In this document: positions 59,755 through 64,000 of the stretch, piece by piece
How positions within the stretch are numbered: position 1 is the first letter of the stretch
Layout: each line of letters starts with the position of its first letter
Assembly: GCA_043800345.1 (NCBI GenBank)
Contig: JAZDNB010000009.1
Location: forward strand, 27,340-91,339
Source of the DNA: Candidatus Omnitrophota bacterium
GTDB lineage: Bacteria > Omnitrophota > Gorgyraeia > VGKN01
Direction: 5' to 3'
Length of the DNA: 64,000 bases
Made by a program: the position numbers and the translations under genes
The notes under the pieces: model-generated
What the model was told of the DNA's origin: nothing
The model's database searches: none
The model's input: only the letters and a program-made list of their open reading frames with translations

Positions 59755-62454
59755 TTGAGCAAAAAATGCTCCTTCCTTTTAAGAATTCTTTCCTTCCTTT
59801 TTGTTTTATCTTTATATAGCGCAGATTCGTTTTCTGTTGAATTTCATTCCTTACAAGTTAGAGATATAAACGTAAAAATCCTCAAAGATATAACCCGAAT
59901 AACCGTTACTGCCGATAAACCCATTGTGTATTATGAAACAGACGAGTTTGAGGAACCCTATACCCTCATAATAAGCATTCCGGAAGCCACACTTTCTTTT
60001 TCTGACGAACCGCATATGATCATGCCGCTTAAAACTCCATATGTGAGCGAGGTGAGATTACACCAGTTATACGACCGTCTTGCCTATCCTCCCAGGATCC
60101 TCAGAATAATCATTGAATGTAAACAAAAACCGGAATATACAATAGATACGACAGCAAATAATATAACGATGAATATTGACATAGGCGCGTCAAAGGCTCT
60201 CTCGCCACAGAAAGACAAAGAAAAAATTAGTCAGGAAGTATCTACAGAGAAATATCAGGCGCGCATAGGAGAAGCAAAAGAAAAAATCTTTGAGGATTCC
60301 CTTAAGCAGGCACAGGAGAAAGAGCTTAGGGTAATGCTTGAGGAAGAGAAAAAGGAACGTCTCTTAGCAAAAGAAGCACAAAGAGTAAAAGAAGAGGCAA
60401 GACAGAGAGAGCTTAAGCAGTTAAAAAATGACCTCCAAAAAGCTATTCAGCAGGAACGCTACGAAGAGGCGGCGCGGCTCCGTGATACAATTAAAAAGCT
60501 AGAAAAAAAAGAGATGCTTGAAGAAGCCCCCTTAAAAGAAGCACCGCAACCTATAGAAAAAAGGCAACCATCAAGGGCGGGGGAGGCGCTTAGTAGGCCG
60601 TTACGAAAAGAGAGTCAGATTGACGCTCTCAAACAGAGACAGAGAGAGGCAGCAAAAGAAAAAGCACTGGAAAAAGCCCTTCAAGATACAATGCGCGAAG
60701 AAGAAGAAAAAACATTCCCGGAGGCCCAGGAAGATACGAGAGAAGAAGAACAAATTGTCCCGGAGGAAGAGGTGCCTCAGGAGGAGTATGCGCCTCCCCC
60801 GGATCAGGAACATAGCTCGGCAATGGAAGAAGAGCTTTTGCGTTTACAGAAGCAAGAAGAAGTATCTAGAGAGCCCATCGAAGAGGTTGTGCAACCCTCT
60901 TTTAAAGAGGAGCCAGAGAAAAAATCGGCAAGAAAAAAAATAGAGGAGAAACCGCAGGAAGAGCCGGTAAAGAAAGAATCCGGCAAGACAAAAGGAATTG
61001 AACAGAAACCTCCTACAGTTGAAGAACTCCTCCGGAAAGGGGAAGAAGAAAGTAAAATAGTAGGTGCCGCGCCTAAAAAAGAAGAAAAAAAACCAAAGAA
61101 AAAAATAGCAACATTACAAGAGTGTATTGATATAGGACTTGAAAACCACCTTCCCGCAAAGATAGCGCTTGATGAAGTGAAATTAGCAGAACTCAAGCTA
61201 ACAGAGGCAAAAAGGGCACTGTTTCCTTCGGCACAGTATAGAATTAACCAGACCGAAGGCGATATATATGATATCGGATTTATGGAGCGGGAATATACCC
61301 TTAAGATGGAACAGCCGCTTTATTACGGGGGGAGATTAGGCGATGCGGTAAAGAAAGCCCAGCTTAACCTTGAAATTGCAAAACGTAACTATAATAAGGT
61401 GAAAAGCGACCTTATAGAAAAAATAGAGGCAAATTTCTATAGTTTTGTAGGTGCGCAGATGGTAGTTGCGGCCCAGGAAGAATTAAAAGCTGAGGCAGAG
61501 CATATACTGGGTATTGCAAAGCGAAGGTTTGATATGGCGATGTCGACCGAGGTTGAATACTTAAACCTGCAAAACCTGTATGCACAGATACTCTACCAGA
61601 TCAATGCGGCACAGATGGAGATGGGCTCAGCCAAGGTACAGCTTGAACATACACTGGATTTGGACCCATCATATGAGATCGAAATTAAAGAACCGCTGCA
61701 GTATGCAAAGATAGATATAGACCTTGATAAAAGCCTTGCACTCGCATACCAAAACAGAACTGAATTATTTATCAGTGAATTGACAGTAAGAGTGAATGAA
61801 CTTGAAGAAAAAATCACTAAAAATAAAAATCGTTTTAAGATAGATTTTACCGGTTCTTACGGTGAAGGAGGCGGTGCTTATGAGAGTGAGTCGCTTACCC
61901 TTGGCAATACCTGGTATGCTGGTTTTTTATTTACAAAGCCGTTAGGAGGAAATACTATTAGCTATAATTTTACCAAAGATGCAACCGCACCCAAACTTGG
62001 CCAGAGCTCAAGAACGGGCTCCCAATCTCACATATGGGAATTTAATCTGCTTAACAATATTGGACGCTACTCGGAAGAAAAAAGCGCTCAAATAAACTTG
62101 AAAAAATCCATTAGTGATTTGAATGAGATGAAGAAAACTGTGTCAAGCGAGGTAAGGGAGACATTTTTTAGATATGAAAAAGCCATTATGCAGGTGGACG
62201 GCGCCACGATAAAAATTCAGTTGCGGCAAAAATCGATTGAAGTGAATCAGACGAAAGTCGATTTAGATGAAGCGCTTTTATCCGAGCTTCTTGAAAGCAA
62301 AATAAAACTTACCGACGAGAAAGTTGCATATTTAAATGCGATAAACAGTTACTATAGCGCAATTTCTAGCATTAATAAAGCTATTGGGTTAGTCGGTTTC
62401 TATCAGGTAGAAACTCCGCCGCAGGAAGTAGCCGTGCCGGGAGGAAAAAAATAA
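59755..62454 (+). CDS. TolC-family outer-membrane efflux protein with N-terminal AMIN-like domain, UVR motif and charged linker
   Basis: TTG start after AAAGGA. Signal peptide; AMIN-like TRITVTADKP..RIIIE; UVR motif LQKAIQQERYEEAARLRDTIKKL; two OEP repeats from TLQECIDIGLEN (~61105). Confidence 0.85.
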   Translation: MSKKCSFLLRILSFLFVLSLYSADSFSVEFHSLQVRDINVKILKDITRITVTADKPIVYYETDEFEEPYTLIISIPEATLSFSDEPHMIMPLKTPYVSEVRLHQLYDRLAYPPRILRIIIECKQKPEYTIDTTANNITMNIDIGASKALSPQKDKEKISQEVSTEKYQARIGEAKEKIFEDSLKQAQEKELRVMLEEEKKERLLAKEAQRVKEEARQRELKQLKNDLQKAIQQERYEEAARLRDTIKKLEKKEMLEEAPLKEAPQPIEKRQPSRAGEALSRPLRKESQIDALKQRQREAAKEKALEKALQDTMREEEEKTFPEAQEDTREEEQIVPEEEVPQEEYAPPPDQEHSSAMEEELLRLQKQEEVSREPIEEVVQPSFKEEPEKKSARKKIEEKPQEEPVKKESGKTKGIEQKPPTVEELLRKGEEESKIVGAAPKKEEKKPKKKIATLQECIDIGLENHLPAKIALDEVKLAELKLTEAKRALFPSAQYRINQTEGDIYDIGFMEREYTLKMEQPLYYGGRLGDAVKKAQLNLEIAKRNYNKVKSDLIEKIEANFYSFVGAQMVVAAQEELKAEAEHILGIAKRRFDMAMSTEVEYLNLQNLYAQILYQINAAQMEMGSAKVQLEHTLDLDPSYEIEIKEPLQYAKIDIDLDKSLALAYQNRTELFISELTVRVNELEEKITKNKNRFKIDFTGSYGEGGGAYESESLTLGNTWYAGFLFTKPLGGNTISYNFTKDATAPKLGQSSRTGSQSHIWEFNLLNNIGRYSEEKSAQINLKKSISDLNEMKKTVSSEVRETFFRYEKAIMQVDGATIKIQLRQKSIEVNQTKVDLDEALLSELLESKIKLTDEKVAYLNAINSYYSAISSINKAIGLVGFYQVETPPQEVAVPGGKK

Positions 62455-62499
62455 AATTTTGTATAATGATATCTCAATAAAGAATACGAGGAGGTAAAC

Positions 62500-63852
62500 A
62501 TGCCGCTTAAGAAAAAAAAGCTTTTCTTTATGGTGTTTATAGTCATAGCAGGTGTCCTTATTCTCTACGCCTATAACACATTTATAAGAAAACCAAAACC
62601 GCTTAAAGAGGAAGGGGTAAAAAAAGAAGAGGTTCAGAAAGAAGAACAGATTATACCGGTACGAGTCTTTAAGGTTGCAAAACAGGATTTTGTCGATTAT
62701 TTTCCCAGCATGGGTACTGCAAAGGGCGCGGCGGAGGTGAATCTTAAATTTGAAGCCACAGGTGCTATTGAGGCACTGAACTATAAAGAGGGTGATGTAA
62801 TAAAAAGAGGCGATGTGATCGCTACATTAAATCAAAGAGATGCACAGCTTAATATTGAATACAATAAGTCTAAGTTAAAAACAGCCCAGGCAGAGACTCA
62901 GGCAGTTAAGAAACGCCTGGAGGTATATCAAAAGCTCTATGAAGCAGGTTCAATCATAAAAGCAAAATTGGATGAGATAACGCAGGAATTTGAGGTAGCA
63001 AAATCAAAGGTAGAAACGGCGAAGCTCGAGGTGGAACACGCTGAAAATGAGCTGGAGAAACAATCCCTCTTTGCGCCGATAGACGGAGTCCTGACGGCAA
63101 AGGATGTCGAGATCGGAGAACTTGCAAATGCCAATACAAAGGTGGGGACTCTTAGCGATCTCAGTGTTATGTATATAGAAATAGGGCTTACCGAGAGCGA
63201 TATCGAGAAGATAAAGGTAGGACAGACTGCAAAGCTTAATTTTGATACATACCCCAACCAAGAGTTTAATGGTGTTATTGATAACATATTCCCGCAGATA
63301 GAAGGTAAAAGCAGGACCCTTACGGTAAAAATAAAGGTTGATAACAAGGATTTGCTGATTAAGCCGGGGATGTTTTCCAGGGTAGCAATAAAAATATTCG
63401 AAAAAAAAGATGCCTTGCTTATACCGGTTGGCGCCTTACGGGGTAAAGAAGGAAAGTATTTCCTATTTTTAGCAAAACAAGAGGGGGCTGCGCCACAGCA
63501 AGAGGACAAAAAAGAAGAACCGGGAAAATACGTGGCCCTCCAACGGGAAGTGAAGCCGGAATATAGGACAATAGAATCAGCTGTTATCAAAGAAGGCTTA
63601 AGCGAGGGAGATCTGGTGGTTACGGAGTCGCAGGGGGAACTGAAGGACAAAAGCCCCTGTGAAGTATTAGAAATACAAGAATCCGGTTCTAAAGAATCGC
63701 AAAAAACGGAATCGGAAAATGAACAGCCCATGCTAGAAAATCCGGAGTCTGCCCAGCCTCCGTCAAATTTGCTGGACATGCAAAAAATTATGGAAGAAAA
63801 ACTTAAAGATAAAAATGCCGAATCTGAGCAACCGGACGTAAGTCAAGAATAG
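62500..63852 (+). CDS. Efflux RND/ABC transporter periplasmic adaptor (membrane fusion protein)
   Basis: GAGGAGGT SD. N-terminal TM; KEGDVIKRGDVIA lipoyl-like half; coiled hairpin; APIDG; IKPGMF; GLSEGDLVV. Confidence 0.92.
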   Translation: MPLKKKKLFFMVFIVIAGVLILYAYNTFIRKPKPLKEEGVKKEEVQKEEQIIPVRVFKVAKQDFVDYFPSMGTAKGAAEVNLKFEATGAIEALNYKEGDVIKRGDVIATLNQRDAQLNIEYNKSKLKTAQAETQAVKKRLEVYQKLYEAGSIIKAKLDEITQEFEVAKSKVETAKLEVEHAENELEKQSLFAPIDGVLTAKDVEIGELANANTKVGTLSDLSVMYIEIGLTESDIEKIKVGQTAKLNFDTYPNQEFNGVIDNIFPQIEGKSRTLTVKIKVDNKDLLIKPGMFSRVAIKIFEKKDALLIPVGALRGKEGKYFLFLAKQEGAAPQQEDKKEEPGKYVALQREVKPEYRTIESAVIKEGLSEGDLVVTESQGELKDKSPCEVLEIQESGSKESQKTESENEQPMLENPESAQPPSNLLDMQKIMEEKLKDKNAESEQPDVSQE

Positions 63853-63874
63853 CCACCATACACACTATAGGCCT

Positions 63875-64000
63875 ATGAAGTATCGTGTAATGTTAGTCAC
63901 AATACTAGGGTTCATTTCTTTTTACTATCGGTTTTCTTTTGCCGATACGGTAGTTTTAACTAGCGGTGTTGAAGAAAAAGGTATAGTTGTCGAAGAATAT
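63875..64000 (+). CDS. Secreted hypothetical protein (3'-truncated)
   Basis: MKYRVMLVTILGFISFYYRFSFA-DTVVLTSGVEEKGIVVEEY: signal peptide; open to the window end. Confidence 0.65.
   Translation, partial: MKYRVMLVTILGFISFYYRFSFADTVVLTSGVEEKGIVVEEY

Noticed and set aside
62455-62470. TATAAT before the MFP gene as an internal promoter
   Set aside because: No plausible -35 or extended -10; the gene is probably co-transcribed with the TolC gene.
248-63779. Numerous short antisense and alternate-frame ORFs, including the 280-aa 62937..63779 (-)
   Set aside because: All lie within long coding frames, have no recognisable motifs and show the Ser/Phe/Leu-rich composition of shadow ORFs.

Overview
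About 92% of this window is two co-oriented giant genes on the + strand. The first (<3..34280, >11,400 aa) is open through the left edge, so its start lies upstream. The second is 34427..59404 (8,325 aa). They are followed by an AMIN/UVR/TolC-family outer-membrane protein, an efflux/secretion membrane-fusion protein and the start of a secreted protein. The giants are not NRPS/PKS or repeat adhesins. Each is a string of recognisable, mostly cytoplasmic-type enzyme domains. Giant 1 carries HAD-IIB phosphatase, sucrose-phosphate-synthase-like GT4, nucleotidyltransferases, permuted NlpC/P60, DUF89 x2, GlmU-like LbH, adenosine deaminase, UDP-glucose dehydrogenase, PRTase, a permuted galactokinase, GT2 and PfkB. 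Giant 2 carries uridine kinase, UDP-sugar pyrophosphorylase, GT5, GH13, a transglutaminase-like core, HhH, RNase J-like x2 and DHH. The domains are punctuated by repeated membrane cassettes resembling M50/site-2 zinc proteases; some are near-identical at DNA level and some carry RAPP motifs. The architecture matches the giant multi-enzyme proteins described from Omnitrophota (OP3), but that taxonomic call is an inference. Domain calls are by-eye motif recognition and domain boundaries are approximate. I saw no RNA genes, CRISPR arrays or intact mobile elements.
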